From NCBI GenBank assembly GCA_022574495.1, contig JACZRW010000001.1, forward strand, positions 1 to 52,549: a stretch of 52,549 nt of DNA, given 5' to 3'. Source of the stretch: Patescibacteria group bacterium. Lineage in GTDB: Bacteria > Patescibacteriota > Microgenomatia > Woykebacterales > RBG-16-39-9b. How positions within the stretch are numbered: position 1 is the stretch's first letter; every line of letters starts with the position of its first letter. Below the pieces are notes generated by a model. The model was not told the origin of the DNA, did not search any database, and saw nothing but the letters and a program-made list of their open reading frames with translations. Shown here one piece after another: positions 19,051-29,001 of the stretch. The position numbers were made by a program, and so were the translations under genes.

Positions 19051-20154
19051 CTACAATTTCTTTGCGTATTTGGAGAAGATCCAACCTGTTTTTGAGGCTT
19101 CGTAGATTATCTCGAACCAATCCCCTTGCTCTTTAGTTAAGCTAAACGTTTCTCCAGGTTTAATTTTTATAAGCACGTTATTGTTCGTACTCGGTCCGGA
19201 ACGAACGTTCAGAAACCCATTTGGTGTGTCCAATACTTCAATTTGAGTCGAGGCTTTTTTCGTCGAACCACCTTTGGTAATTTTATCCCATTCTTTTTTA
19301 GCTTCGGTCGATAATTTACCAGCAGAACTACTTAAATACCCTACGGTTATTTCTTTTTTCTTAGAATAATCCACAATTAGTGTGTAAGATTTACCATTTT
19401 CATCAATCAAAAGATCATATTTTTTAGGTACATTTTTCTCACTATTTTGAAAATACCAAATTGCTTCTACCCAAGCCCGGTAATCCTCATTTAAGTTAGT
19501 GTTATTTGTGGGTAAGTCGAACAAGGTAAATTTTCCTTTTTCAGAAAGTTTATCCGTCTTGGGATAAGGATCCAGTGCTAAAGCAACCCAAACTGTCAAC
19601 CTAAAACCACTCTCTATGTTAATACCAATCTCCCTAGTTATGTAACCCTCCTTCGAGATCTTAAGTTTGTGCACACCTGGATCGATGACTTGGGATATAG
19701 TCGAGGCCCCTAAAGACTCACCGTTCAGAGAGATCTCTGCTTTGTCCGGTTCGGTGACAACCGAGATTCCGGCCCCGGATCTTAAATCCAATATCTCTCC
19801 AGAGGAAAATTTCTGGCTTGGCGCAAACTCGTAATTAACACTTGTCACTGCGGAAGGGTTTAAATCGATTTTTTGCTTAAGTTCAACTGCCCTAAAAGTT
19901 TTTTCTTTTGCTTGTTCAGAAAAAGTTTGGACGTTCGCTTTCAGGAGAATGTCATAACTGCCCACCTTCAAGTCCTTCTTTTGAAGAGGTGATTCTCCAA
20001 TCACCTCCCCAGACAAAAGTATTTTTGATGTTGGCGAACTAGTTACTTTAAGGAATGCTTGTGGGGGGCTAAGCTGAGGAATTAAAAACTGATAAATAAA
20101 AAAACCGGCTACTAAAATTATTGCAAAGGCAGACACTTGTAATATCTTTTTCAT
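19051..20154 (-). CDS. Membrane-anchored PEGA-domain protein with a C-terminal SH3b domain
   Basis: Two PEGA-like units (LLSGEVIGESPLQKKDLKVGSYDILL and SLNGESLGASTISQVIDPGVHKLKISKEGY). C-terminal GFLNVRSGPSTNNNVLIKIKPGE...GDWFEI. Confidence 0.65.
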   Translation of the reverse strand: MKKILQVSAFAIILVAGFFIYQFLIPQLSPPQAFLKVTSSPTSKILLSGEVIGESPLQKKDLKVGSYDILLKANVQTFSEQAKEKTFRAVELKQKIDLNPSAVTSVNYEFAPSQKFSSGEILDLRSGAGISVVTEPDKAEISLNGESLGASTISQVIDPGVHKLKISKEGYITREIGINIESGFRLTVWVALALDPYPKTDKLSEKGKFTLFDLPTNNTNLNEDYRAWVEAIWYFQNSEKNVPKKYDLLIDENGKSYTLIVDYSKKKEITVGYLSSSAGKLSTEAKKEWDKITKGGSTKKASTQIEVLDTPNGFLNVRSGPSTNNNVLIKIKPGETFSLTKEQGDWFEIIYEASKTGWIFSKYAKKL

Positions 20155-20236
20155 CTAGAAGAAAAAGGATACCATAATGTGGTTTGCCCGTAAACTCTAC
20201 TTGTTTATCTATATAAAAGTTGATAGATTTTAATTA

Positions 20237-20782
20237 GTGTCTAAATTGTCGTTTCTAAAACTGCTCGATTCTTTTATACTTCCTTTTGTGGTGGTACTAG
20301 GTTCAAAATACCTTAGCGCTTTAGTAATTAATCTAGCACTATTTATAAATTGGGAGTTTGGTTTTTCCGTTTTTCAGATTTTCTCACTACCCTTCGTTCG
20401 GTATTCCAGCGACGAAGATTTAATGTTAGTAAATTCTATATCATCCTTAGTTATGAGTCTTGTATTAGCATTTGGTTTTACCTTGATATTGTTTAGATTC
20501 CAGTTTTTTCACGAAGATTTTATACCACCAAAAATCGCTTCAGTTTTACATTCAAAAAAACTGGATAAATTGATTATCAACAAGTCTCAATCTCATAATC
20601 AATTGATAACATGGTTTATTTTAGCTTGGGCAACTTTTTTAATAATTTTACTAGAATTTATCGGGGGAACTGTGAGTTTAATTGTGTTGGTTATTAACCT
20701 AACTATGGTCTCATTTCTTAGTGCGGTTTTGATATTTGATATGTTGCGAAAAGGTTCTACTGCAAGGGCAAGGCATAGATAA
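20237..20782 (+). CDS. Hypothetical polytopic membrane protein
   Basis: GTG-start ORF with 4-5 hydrophobic segments. Its 3' end overlaps the convergent UbiA gene by 26 nt. Confidence 0.4.
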   Translation: MSKLSFLKLLDSFILPFVVVLGSKYLSALVINLALFINWEFGFSVFQIFSLPFVRYSSDEDLMLVNSISSLVMSLVLAFGFTLILFRFQFFHEDFIPPKIASVLHSKKLDKLIINKSQSHNQLITWFILAWATFLIILLEFIGGTVSLIVLVINLTMVSFLSAVLIFDMLRKGSTARARHR

Positions 20783-21689
20783 TTACCAAAACAGAAGCTA
20801 ACCACAACACTACAGTAATTGCTAGCGGAAGGTCTTTCACGAGTATTTTTTCTGGGGAATCCTCTCCTTTACCTTCAAAAATCAAAAGAAGATAGCGGAA
20901 TATTCCATAAACCACCAATGGTATAGTTGCCATCAACCATTTAGGTGAAGCTAAAGTTTGTGGCAAGTATGATACTATGAATTCTTTACTTTGAATTTCC
21001 AACTCGTTAAAAGTGAAAAGGCTGTAGGTTATTAAGGTCGCGGAACCCATCATGAATGTTATCCCATCAAGAAGTTTTGTTGGATAATAATAAAGGGTTT
21101 TTCTGTGCTTACCAGCGAGTTTAATGGTAAGCAAAGTGAGCTCTGACCTCCTCTTACCCACTGCTAAAAGTAAAGATAACATCATTGTAGTTAGTATCAA
21201 CCAAGAAGATAAAGGTACTAGGACAACAATAGAACCAGCGAAGATTCTAAGCATAAATCCAATTGCGATTGTTATAATATCCAAAAGGATTATGTATTTT
21301 AAAATTAAGTTGTAAGTAACTTGCAAAAGCACAAAAGCAAGAGCTATTATAAAGAAGTTAAAAGATAAGGTATAACTAAGATACAAGCCTAATAAAGTTA
21401 GCCCTGCTGCGATTATTAAAGCTGTTTTTCTACTTAATAATCCTCTTGCTAAGGGCCTATATTTTTTGTAAGGGTGTAATTTGTCATTTTCAATATCTAT
21501 AACGTCGTTAATCAAGTACATGCCGGAAGAAAGTATTACAAAAATCCAGAATGATGCAAAAACTGGCCAAAATAAACCTTGATTTAATAAATCACCAGAA
21601 AATAGGATAGCTGCAAAAACGGATAAATTTTTCATCCATTGCAAAGGACGAAGGCTAATAATGATTTGTAATAGAATAAAACGGTTCAC
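20757..21689 (-). CDS. UbiA-family prenyltransferase, decaprenyl-phosphate phosphoribosyltransferase-like
   Basis: NDVIDIENDKLHPYKKYRPLARG (NDxxDxxxD plus the KxRP motif) in a 9-TM protein. Confidence 0.75.
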   Translation of the reverse strand: MNRFILLQIIISLRPLQWMKNLSVFAAILFSGDLLNQGLFWPVFASFWIFVILSSGMYLINDVIDIENDKLHPYKKYRPLARGLLSRKTALIIAAGLTLLGLYLSYTLSFNFFIIALAFVLLQVTYNLILKYIILLDIITIAIGFMLRIFAGSIVVLVPLSSWLILTTMMLSLLLAVGKRRSELTLLTIKLAGKHRKTLYYYPTKLLDGITFMMGSATLITYSLFTFNELEIQSKEFIVSYLPQTLASPKWLMATIPLVVYGIFRYLLLIFEGKGEDSPEKILVKDLPLAITVVLWLASVLVIIYALPLQ

Positions 21690-22780
21690 TTTAAATTAAA
21701 TCTTTTGAGCAGAATTGAAAAAGTCACTAGCCCTGCAAATGATAAAACAAAAACCATTATAATAGCAAAAAATTTTCCCCTTGAGTCTAAACTCAAGGCA
21801 AAAGCAGCCAGCACCATCGTTATTAGGTAGTAAAATATTGCAATTTTTGGTATTTTCCAACCTAGAGCTAGGAGTTGGTGATGCAGGTGTTCTTTATCAC
21901 CCCAGACTGGGGATCTGCCCTTTAGTAGTCTTCTCCCGATTGCCCATAAGCCGTCTATCAGTGGAACGGCTATTACTATCAGTGCGACAGCGAGTTTACC
22001 ACCAGCTAAAATCGATAAAACTGCTATTAAATACCCAGAGAGAGCCCCGCCACTATAGCCAGGCATGATTTTCTGAGGGTAAAAACTCCAAGGTAAGAAT
22101 CCCAAAAATGAACCAGCCACTATAAAAGAGAGTATAGCTAATGGTACTTGATTAGGATCGACTTCTAAATACCCTATCGCAACAAAACCAAGTGTGATCG
22201 CCGCAATTGCTGTTATTCCCGAGAGTTGGCCGTCTATTCCAGAAGACCAGTTCATAGCGTTCATAAGCCATACAATCCACAATAGCGCAAAGATATCTGC
22301 AAATAATACTATGGTATGTGGGCCTCCGAATAAACCACCCTCGGGGAGAGAAAAATAGTATATGATATCATCAAAGCGGATTTGCCCGTCAAAAGGGTTT
22401 GCGATCCAAGTAATACCAACTCCAAAAGCAACTACCACTCCGGCTGCTAGAAAATTGCTAGCTAGTCTAAAATAAGGGCTTATATTATATTTATCATCTA
22501 AAATACCAACAGTAACTACGATAGAAGCACCAAGAAAAACCCCAATCACCTGTTTTGTTATTAAGCTAGCATCAAAAACCGCCAGTAAGATGTAAATTAA
22601 GATAATGGCGGAAAAAATAGCTAAACCACCGCCTCTTGGGATGGGTTTCTTGTGCAATATTGCTGGGTGAGATCTTGTGGGATAGTCTATAAGTGAGAAT
22701 TTCTTGGCTAATTTTATGACAAGTGGCGTTATTAAAAATGAAGCGATAAATCCAAAAACTGCTGCCCAGTAAATTATCAT
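21686..22780 (-). CDS. MraY/WecA-family polyprenyl-phosphate sugar-1-phosphate transferase (GT4)
   Basis: PIPRGGGLAI, LGILDDKYNISP, NAMNWSSGIDGQ and polytopic topology. 4-nt overlap with the downstream UbiA gene. Confidence 0.8.
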   Translation of the reverse strand: MIIYWAAVFGFIASFLITPLVIKLAKKFSLIDYPTRSHPAILHKKPIPRGGGLAIFSAIILIYILLAVFDASLITKQVIGVFLGASIVVTVGILDDKYNISPYFRLASNFLAAGVVVAFGVGITWIANPFDGQIRFDDIIYYFSLPEGGLFGGPHTIVLFADIFALLWIVWLMNAMNWSSGIDGQLSGITAIAAITLGFVAIGYLEVDPNQVPLAILSFIVAGSFLGFLPWSFYPQKIMPGYSGGALSGYLIAVLSILAGGKLAVALIVIAVPLIDGLWAIGRRLLKGRSPVWGDKEHLHHQLLALGWKIPKIAIFYYLITMVLAAFALSLDSRGKFFAIIMVFVLSFAGLVTFSILLKRFNLK

Positions 22781-22781
22781 T

Positions 22782-23117
22782 TCAGCTTACTAGGAGCAAA
22801 ATTTTTATTAGGGAATAACTAAGTATGACACCAAATATTACACTGCTCCATGTAATTATTCTAATTAGATTAGTAGATACCAACATTTTTGAAATAATGT
22901 GATTTACTATTAGCACCAATACCATAAGTGTTGGTATTAGCCATAGCCAAAATGGATTTGCCAACCGTTCTGGTCCCCAAACCCTTGAGTACCATAAAGG
23001 AATTTCAGGTGGGTATTGTTCAACTCTACTTATTAAGTATGAAGTTAGAAGTATTAGTATAACTAAACTTAATAATGCTATTGGATTAGAAGGCCTGAGA
23101 ATTCTTACCAAGTACAT
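22782..23117 (-). CDS. Small hypothetical membrane protein
   Basis: Three hydrophobic segments. The start is ambiguous because the track ORF overlaps the upstream gene end. Confidence 0.35.
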   Translation of the reverse strand: MYLVRILRPSNPIALLSLVILILLTSYLISRVEQYPPEIPLWYSRVWGPERLANPFWLWLIPTLMVLVLIVNHIISKMLVSTNLIRIITWSSVIFGVILSYSLIKILLLVS

Positions 23118-24621
23118 ATATTTTGTATCCTTCTGAAGCAGCAAAAAGATTATAGCGTCTCTTTATTAAGCTGTCTAATTCCGGAAAGGGTTTAGGTCCA
23201 AATTCGTCGACAAGTATATAAGCTGGTTCATCTTTTCTTAGTTCCTGTATCACTACTTTTTTTGCAGAATCGCTTCCCAAAATATGAAAAGCAGTTATAT
23301 ATTTACTAGCTGGCTCTCTTTGAGACAGAAAGTATATCGCTGGTTGGTTTCCCCACAAATAGACACTACCTTTAGAGTTTGTTCTTAAGTTTTCACACTC
23401 CTTACTGTCCTGATTAGCAAAACAGCCACTGACTAAAGAAGATATCGAGTAAATTCTACTGGTGTTTAAATCAAAGCTGTTCTGATAGTCTTCGCTAGAA
23501 GTTCTATTTAAAATAAAATTGAAAAAATTCGGATAATATCTTAAATTAACATTAGGCAAAAATCCTAGAAGGAAACTAAGTAATAGTGCAAACGAAGTTA
23601 TGGCTACACCAAACTTCCTAAATTTAGCCTTAGTAATGGTTCTACCAATGATTATTGATAACGGGGCCAGCGGTTGAATCATGTAATGAATGTAGGGTCT
23701 ACCGCCAAATACAGCACCGTAGTAGCTAAATATAAGCCAAATTAGCAAAAATTCGGTGGTCCCAAATTTTCCACTGAGGCTTTTCCCTTTTTTCGATAGC
23801 ACCCTCCAGAAAAAGTATGCGGCTATTGCAATTAGAGGAAGAGCTTTTACTATCAGCAGCCCATTAGGAATGATAAATTCGTTACCATAATTGGTATAGG
23901 ATAAATTAAACAAAAATGCAGTATTAATATAAGAAGCAAGAGCCCCTTTTGAAGCAAAATATACAAATGTAAGTCCAAACGGTATTACTAGACCAACAGT
24001 CAGTTTTACTAGATTTAAAATTACCACCTTCGATTTTTCGTTATTGATAGATAAAGCTAGAAAGATAAAAAAGGCACTAAAAGCAAAAAATGCAGGTAGA
24101 TTCAATAATATTGCTGAAGAAAAGAAGGCTCCAGATAATAAGTAGCGCTTCTTCAAACCAAGGAATATAGCTAAACAGATAGGAAGTATCGCGATAATTT
24201 CATTATTGAAGATATTCCCGGCAAGAAACGGAGTTGAAGTAAGAATGCTTAAGGTTAAGACCGAGAAGAGCGCAGTTTTCCTGTCGAAAAGTTTTTGTAC
24301 TAAAGAGTAATAAACAACAAGTGTCGTTAGCACCCAAAACGTCAGCATAAATTTAAGTGACCATAGGGTTTCCCCTAATATAGTGAAAGACCACGCCGCT
24401 AAATAGTAAATTCCTGGGGTTTTATGATCAAAGATATCAACATATAGTAAACCCCCACGATTTATTTCTTGGCCTATTGTCGAATAGATAGCCTCGTCGA
24501 CATTCCATAAAGGCTCAAAAAATGAAGGTAGTCTTACTAAGAAGGTAAGAGAGAGGATAATTAGTAAAGCTTTATTTGACAAAATATACGATTCAGTTTT
24601 TTCAAGTATGGCCGCTAACAT
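23086..24621 (-). CDS. GT-C-fold membrane glycosyltransferase (ArnT/PMT-like)
   Basis: 511 aa with about 11 TM helices. N-terminal loop WNVDEAIY and DIFDHKTPG resemble the GT-C acidic loop, followed by a soluble C-terminal domain. Confidence 0.5.
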   Translation of the reverse strand: MLAAILEKTESYILSNKALLIILSLTFLVRLPSFFEPLWNVDEAIYSTIGQEINRGGLLYVDIFDHKTPGIYYLAAWSFTILGETLWSLKFMLTFWVLTTLVVYYSLVQKLFDRKTALFSVLTLSILTSTPFLAGNIFNNEIIAILPICLAIFLGLKKRYLLSGAFFSSAILLNLPAFFAFSAFFIFLALSINNEKSKVVILNLVKLTVGLVIPFGLTFVYFASKGALASYINTAFLFNLSYTNYGNEFIIPNGLLIVKALPLIAIAAYFFWRVLSKKGKSLSGKFGTTEFLLIWLIFSYYGAVFGGRPYIHYMIQPLAPLSIIIGRTITKAKFRKFGVAITSFALLLSFLLGFLPNVNLRYYPNFFNFILNRTSSEDYQNSFDLNTSRIYSISSLVSGCFANQDSKECENLRTNSKGSVYLWGNQPAIYFLSQREPASKYITAFHILGSDSAKKVVIQELRKDEPAYILVDEFGPKPFPELDSLIKRRYNLFAASEGYKIYVLGKNSQAF

Positions 24622-24669
24622 TTTATTTTACTTCTGTTATAACTCACAAAACTTTATTTGTAAATTAGT

Positions 24670-26328
24670 TTACTCTATTTTATAGATAAAAATGCTATAA
24701 CCTGCTTTTGCGATAGGTTTATATTTATCGATAACCCAGGAGTAATTTTTCTCACTATCTTCATTGAAGGCTATTACCGAGGTTGATAAAGCCAGATAAC
24801 CCTTATAATTAGTGTCGTTTGGAGTTAGGTTTGTAGTAGGAATATTGTAATATTCAGACGAATAATGACCGGTGTAGTTATCTAAAGCAATTGATTCTAT
24901 ATTATTATTTCGAACGTATTCATCTAGTCTTTTAATATCCTGACCCCAGTCATAGTTGGAATCATTAGATACCTTCCAACCATTTTCTGTCCCCCCAAAA
25001 GCTATATTATAGTAACTTAAGTACCCTGGAAAAGTTGATACGGACGACCAAGATCTAGCCACTACTATTATTAAAATAATTAGGGTAATACCAGCAAGAG
25101 AAATCTTTTTCTTAGTTGCCTTTTGCATCAATCTTATTAAAGTAACAAGTGCTCCTGCACCAAATATGAATATGAATGGGTATATTGGCAAGATATGACG
25201 CACGCCAATATTGAACTTAGTGGTTAGTGCAAGGCCGAAAAAAGTTATTGGTATCAGCAAAATTAGGAATAATTGTTTTCTGGATAAATTTATTTTTTTA
25301 GTAATTATATAAATTACGAATAACAAAAGGGATAATAAAGTGGTGATTTGGGTTTTAGCCAAGAAAAGTACTGGAAAGTAATACCACCGACTACCATAAT
25401 AACTTTCCCCGAGTAAATAAGAAAAGCGTAGGTCTCCGGACAGCTCATCTAGGACTATGGCTAAGCCGGTGAAGTATTGGATTGGTAAAAAGCCAAGTAT
25501 CCCACGATCCCGAAACGAAAGAACCCCATAGAAAAGGGAGATGATCAAAAGCACACCAATTACGGTATAGATTAGATGTTTCCAAGGTTTTCGGGATTGG
25601 GTCAAATAGATTGTTATCATCGAAATTAGAATTAACGGAAATATGACAAAAGTTGAATATTTACTAAGAAGCGCTAGACTCAAAGATAAAATTAAAAAAA
25701 CTAATCTTTTTGTAGATTGTTTCTCATAATAAATCCAAAGAGCGAATACCGTCATTACTACGAATCCACTAGCTGCTAAATCAGTATTCACCAGACTTCC
25801 GTGAGCTAATATATTGGGTTCGGTAGCGAAGAAAAACGTAGCGATAAATGCAGCTATACTCCCGAATAGTTTTTTTGTGAATAAGAAAATAATTACACCA
25901 AAGAATACGGTTAGCATAATCATTGGAATCCTTGTCGAGAGAAGAATTCCGTCAGGGTCGTTTCCACTGTAATTTAAAAACCTTCTTGAAGCACCAAACA
26001 TCTTCCCAATATCAAAATCATTTTTTTGGTTGGCGTATCCTGGATCCGTTCGGTCAAGTTTTATATCCTGGAAAAGTAAAGGAGCGGCGGCAAGAGATTT
26101 TGCAAAAAGAGGGTGTTCTGGGTCTATATAGTCATGGCCGTATTTTAAAGCAGCGTATCCTGAAAGAATGTGAGGAGGCTCATCGCTGGTAGAGGCATCG
26201 TTTATAATGGAGGCAAACATTAGAAGACCCATGAAGTAAAGGATAATAAGGGTGGCTAAGGGGATTAAAATTTGTGTTTTGTTTTTTTTTAAAAAAACGG
26301 TGATTTTTGGTAGTATTTGTTCAGTCAT
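24670..26328 (-). CDS. GT39/ArnT-like phospholipid-carrier-dependent glycosyltransferase
   Basis: 552 aa, polytopic. First loop DEPPHILSGYAALKYG...DPEHPLFAK is typical of the DUF/PMT_2 family. Confidence 0.6.
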   Translation of the reverse strand: MTEQILPKITVFLKKNKTQILIPLATLIILYFMGLLMFASIINDASTSDEPPHILSGYAALKYGHDYIDPEHPLFAKSLAAAPLLFQDIKLDRTDPGYANQKNDFDIGKMFGASRRFLNYSGNDPDGILLSTRIPMIMLTVFFGVIIFLFTKKLFGSIAAFIATFFFATEPNILAHGSLVNTDLAASGFVVMTVFALWIYYEKQSTKRLVFLILSLSLALLSKYSTFVIFPLILISMITIYLTQSRKPWKHLIYTVIGVLLIISLFYGVLSFRDRGILGFLPIQYFTGLAIVLDELSGDLRFSYLLGESYYGSRWYYFPVLFLAKTQITTLLSLLLFVIYIITKKINLSRKQLFLILLIPITFFGLALTTKFNIGVRHILPIYPFIFIFGAGALVTLIRLMQKATKKKISLAGITLIILIIVVARSWSSVSTFPGYLSYYNIAFGGTENGWKVSNDSNYDWGQDIKRLDEYVRNNNIESIALDNYTGHYSSEYYNIPTTNLTPNDTNYKGYLALSTSVIAFNEDSEKNYSWVIDKYKPIAKAGYSIFIYKIE

Positions 26329-26380
26329 GAGCAGACAACAAAAATATTAAACTAACTTTAGTGTATTCTCAACACTTTCT

Positions 26381-27847
26381 TTAAGATTTCTTTTTACCAA
26401 TCTTTTCGGTTACCTGGTAATCTAGTCTCTTTCCCAATATTAACCTAGTGTGAGCATCCATTCCTGGAAGAGCTCCGAATAAAAAACCAGTCACTGGTAA
26501 TAGTATGTATTGAAGAATTGTAAAAGGTAAGAAACTTTTCTTGAAGTAGTCCGGTCTTGGTGGTTTAAGCAACCAATCAACAATGATGACCGCCACAATA
26601 AATATTGTACAAATTGTTAAGATAACACCAGATATTCTCGGCAAATAAAACCCTAAGGCAGTGTATTTGAAGGTGGGGTTGATTAACGGTGGAAGGGTTG
26701 CTCCTAAGGTTAGTATAAACCAGTTCGCCGGCCAAAGTAAGTGCTGCTCCAGAGATCTTAGGATTCTAAAAAAAGAATTCACCCAGGAAAGTTCGTTTCT
26801 TTTTCGCCAAAATTCGGAAATTGCGTATCCAATGTCGGTTACACCCCAAGCCCAACGACGGCTTTGATTATATTGACTTCGTAGAGACTCCCAATAAGTA
26901 TTTCCTTCAGCGGCATCAGCAAATAAAGGCAAATATATAGGTTCAAGTTCTATTTTTCCTTCATGAGAAAAGAATGATTTAAAGAAAAAATGCCAATCTT
27001 CAGCCACCACGTCTACGTCCCAAAAATCAGCCTTTTCTAGTAGATTCCAAGAGAAGGAGTAGGTTGAAAAATTAAAATTTGAGGCTGGACGTAAAAGCTC
27101 AGCAATATTATTTATTGAATAAACGGTATGAACGACTCTTACAAATATTGGTACTCTCCAAATGTTGTTATAGAAAACTAAAGCGCCTTGCCAAATTCTT
27201 AAGTACCTATTAGGATTTGTCAGGAATTTATAAGTTAAATTTGAAAGATATTTAGGGTGAATGGAGACATCAGCATCACAAGAAGTAGCCAAAATAAAGT
27301 TTTTGTCGTAACCTTTTTCATCAATAAATTCTTTTACTTTTCTACCAGAGTAAGCGAGATTAGAGGATTTACCAGCTATTTCGCCAATGATTAAAGGATG
27401 GACGGTTATCCAAAAATTTTCAAAGTGCCTTGAGTATTTTTTCTGAAGTCTCTTAGCCTTCTCCTTGGCTCCTGTGTCTCGTTCCTCAATACCTAGGGAG
27501 ATCGATACTTGTTTTGTGGGAAATTCTTGTTCTACCAAAAAACCAAAAGTACGATCTAAGATGTCCTCTGGCTCTTTGTAGGTGGGGATAAAAATTACAT
27601 GTCTAATATTAGAGTAATTTAGTTTTTCCTGACGCATGATTTTTAGCCAAAATTTCGCTGAATCTTTTTTTATTTTAAGATAACCACGAACTGAATTAAT
27701 TCCTAAATTAGAAGCTTTCCAGAAAAAATAGATATCAAATAAAATTACGAAGTAAGCTATAGCAGTGGGAACTATAAAAGCACCCCAGAAGGGGATTGTT
27801 AGAATTGTCCAAGATACATAAGCTGGTAATTTTTCTAGGAAATTCAT
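26381..27847 (-). CDS. Membrane-embedded family-2 glycosyltransferase, processive (CesA/chitin-synthase-like)
   Basis: IFIPTYKEP, SCDADV, VAEDWHF and QSRRWAWG (Q.xRW) motifs flanked by TM helices. Confidence 0.7.
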   Translation of the reverse strand: MNFLEKLPAYVSWTILTIPFWGAFIVPTAIAYFVILFDIYFFWKASNLGINSVRGYLKIKKDSAKFWLKIMRQEKLNYSNIRHVIFIPTYKEPEDILDRTFGFLVEQEFPTKQVSISLGIEERDTGAKEKAKRLQKKYSRHFENFWITVHPLIIGEIAGKSSNLAYSGRKVKEFIDEKGYDKNFILATSCDADVSIHPKYLSNLTYKFLTNPNRYLRIWQGALVFYNNIWRVPIFVRVVHTVYSINNIAELLRPASNFNFSTYSFSWNLLEKADFWDVDVVAEDWHFFFKSFFSHEGKIELEPIYLPLFADAAEGNTYWESLRSQYNQSRRWAWGVTDIGYAISEFWRKRNELSWVNSFFRILRSLEQHLLWPANWFILTLGATLPPLINPTFKYTALGFYLPRISGVILTICTIFIVAVIIVDWLLKPPRPDYFKKSFLPFTILQYILLPVTGFLFGALPGMDAHTRLILGKRLDYQVTEKIGKKKS

Positions 27848-27848
27848 A

Positions 27849-28652
27849 TTATAAATTTAGTAAATCTCTAGAATTTTTATTTGTAATTTCTGAAATCTTA
27901 TCAAAAGATACCTTTTTTACTTCAGCTAATTTTTCAGCAGTAAGTCTAACCCGATAAGGTTCATTTCTTGTTCCTCGGTGTGGCTCTGGTGGCAAGTAAG
28001 GTGCATCTGTCTCCACTAGTATTTTATCAAGGGGAACAGATTTTGCCGCCTCCCGAATGTAGTCGTTTCCCTTGTAAGTTAGATTGCCGGAAAATGATAT
28101 ATACAAACCAAGATCTAAAAATTTCTTGGCTTGATCTATAGTTCCCATAAAACAGTGAACCAATCCTCTGAGATCATTATACTCCTTAATTGATTCATAG
28201 AGTTCATCGTAGGCGTTTCGACAGTGGAAAAGTATTGGTAAGCTTAATTTTCTAGCGAGTTCTATCTGCCCTTTTAAAATTTTTTCCTGATTTTTTAAAT
28301 TTGGTTTTGGATATCCTTGTAGTTCGTTAGAACGCAAGACGCGAAGCGGCTTATACTCATGATTATCCAATCCAATTTCTCCTATGGCCACCACTTTTGG
28401 TTTCTTCGCAAGATTTTCCAATTTATATATCCAATCTGTTTTCCACTCATCTTCATGGTGCGGGTGCACCCCAACGGCTGCATAAAAATTAGGAATTTTT
28501 TGAGCAAGCTCTACCCCAGATTTGGATGATTCAATTCTCGCTCCGACATTGATAATTACATCGAGTTCCTTAGAGTTTATTTTAACCACCTCATCTCGAT
28601 CATTATCATAGGCTTCAAATTGTAAGTGGGCGTGGGTGTCTATTAATTTCAT
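27849..28652 (-). CDS. tatD: TatD-family metal-dependent hydrolase
   Basis: IDTHAHL, GEIGLD, HCR/HCF and ETDAPYL motifs. TGgTATAAT box (28660-28668, minus strand) lies 7 nt before the ATG. Confidence 0.85.
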   Translation of the reverse strand: MKLIDTHAHLQFEAYDNDRDEVVKINSKELDVIINVGARIESSKSGVELAQKIPNFYAAVGVHPHHEDEWKTDWIYKLENLAKKPKVVAIGEIGLDNHEYKPLRVLRSNELQGYPKPNLKNQEKILKGQIELARKLSLPILFHCRNAYDELYESIKEYNDLRGLVHCFMGTIDQAKKFLDLGLYISFSGNLTYKGNDYIREAAKSVPLDKILVETDAPYLPPEPHRGTRNEPYRVRLTAEKLAEVKKVSFDKISEITNKNSRDLLNL

Positions 28653-28782
28653 GAGTGAGATTATACCATTTAGGTTGAAATAGATAACATCGAACTCGAC
28701 GAGAAACCCTAGCGCAAGCTGTATAAGCGGCTTTAGTTGCTTTTAGCAACACAGGATTCTAACGAAGTGAATCCTATAGTAC

Positions 28783-28811
28783 TTGACTTTTAGGCTGTTT
28801 TCTGCTATAAT
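28783..28811 (+). promoter_or_regulatory. Consensus promoter driving island C
   Basis: TTGACT (28783-28788)-N17-TATAAT (28806-28811) with TGC extension, preceded by CCTATAGTAC. Confidence 0.6.
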
Positions 28812-29001
28812 ATAGGAGTACTTTAAGGTAAATATATACGTTACAAGTGAAGGCATCTTGTAACTGGATTGAATCTTCGCCCGCTACTTGGTATCTAACC
28901 AAGAAGCTATTATTCTCTCTGGTTACTAGGTGCCCTTTTAGGTATCTTGGAGAGTGCAGGCCAGAAGAGTCTGTGTTCTTGTATCAAAGTAGGAGGTAAA
29001 G

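Noticed and set aside
19041-19053. TTTTTCATTTCTA after island B resembling TTTTCCATTTCTA of the island A repeats
   Set aside because: Part of this string is the stop codon and C-terminal coding sequence of the convergent PEGA gene. Similarity does not extend beyond 13 nt.
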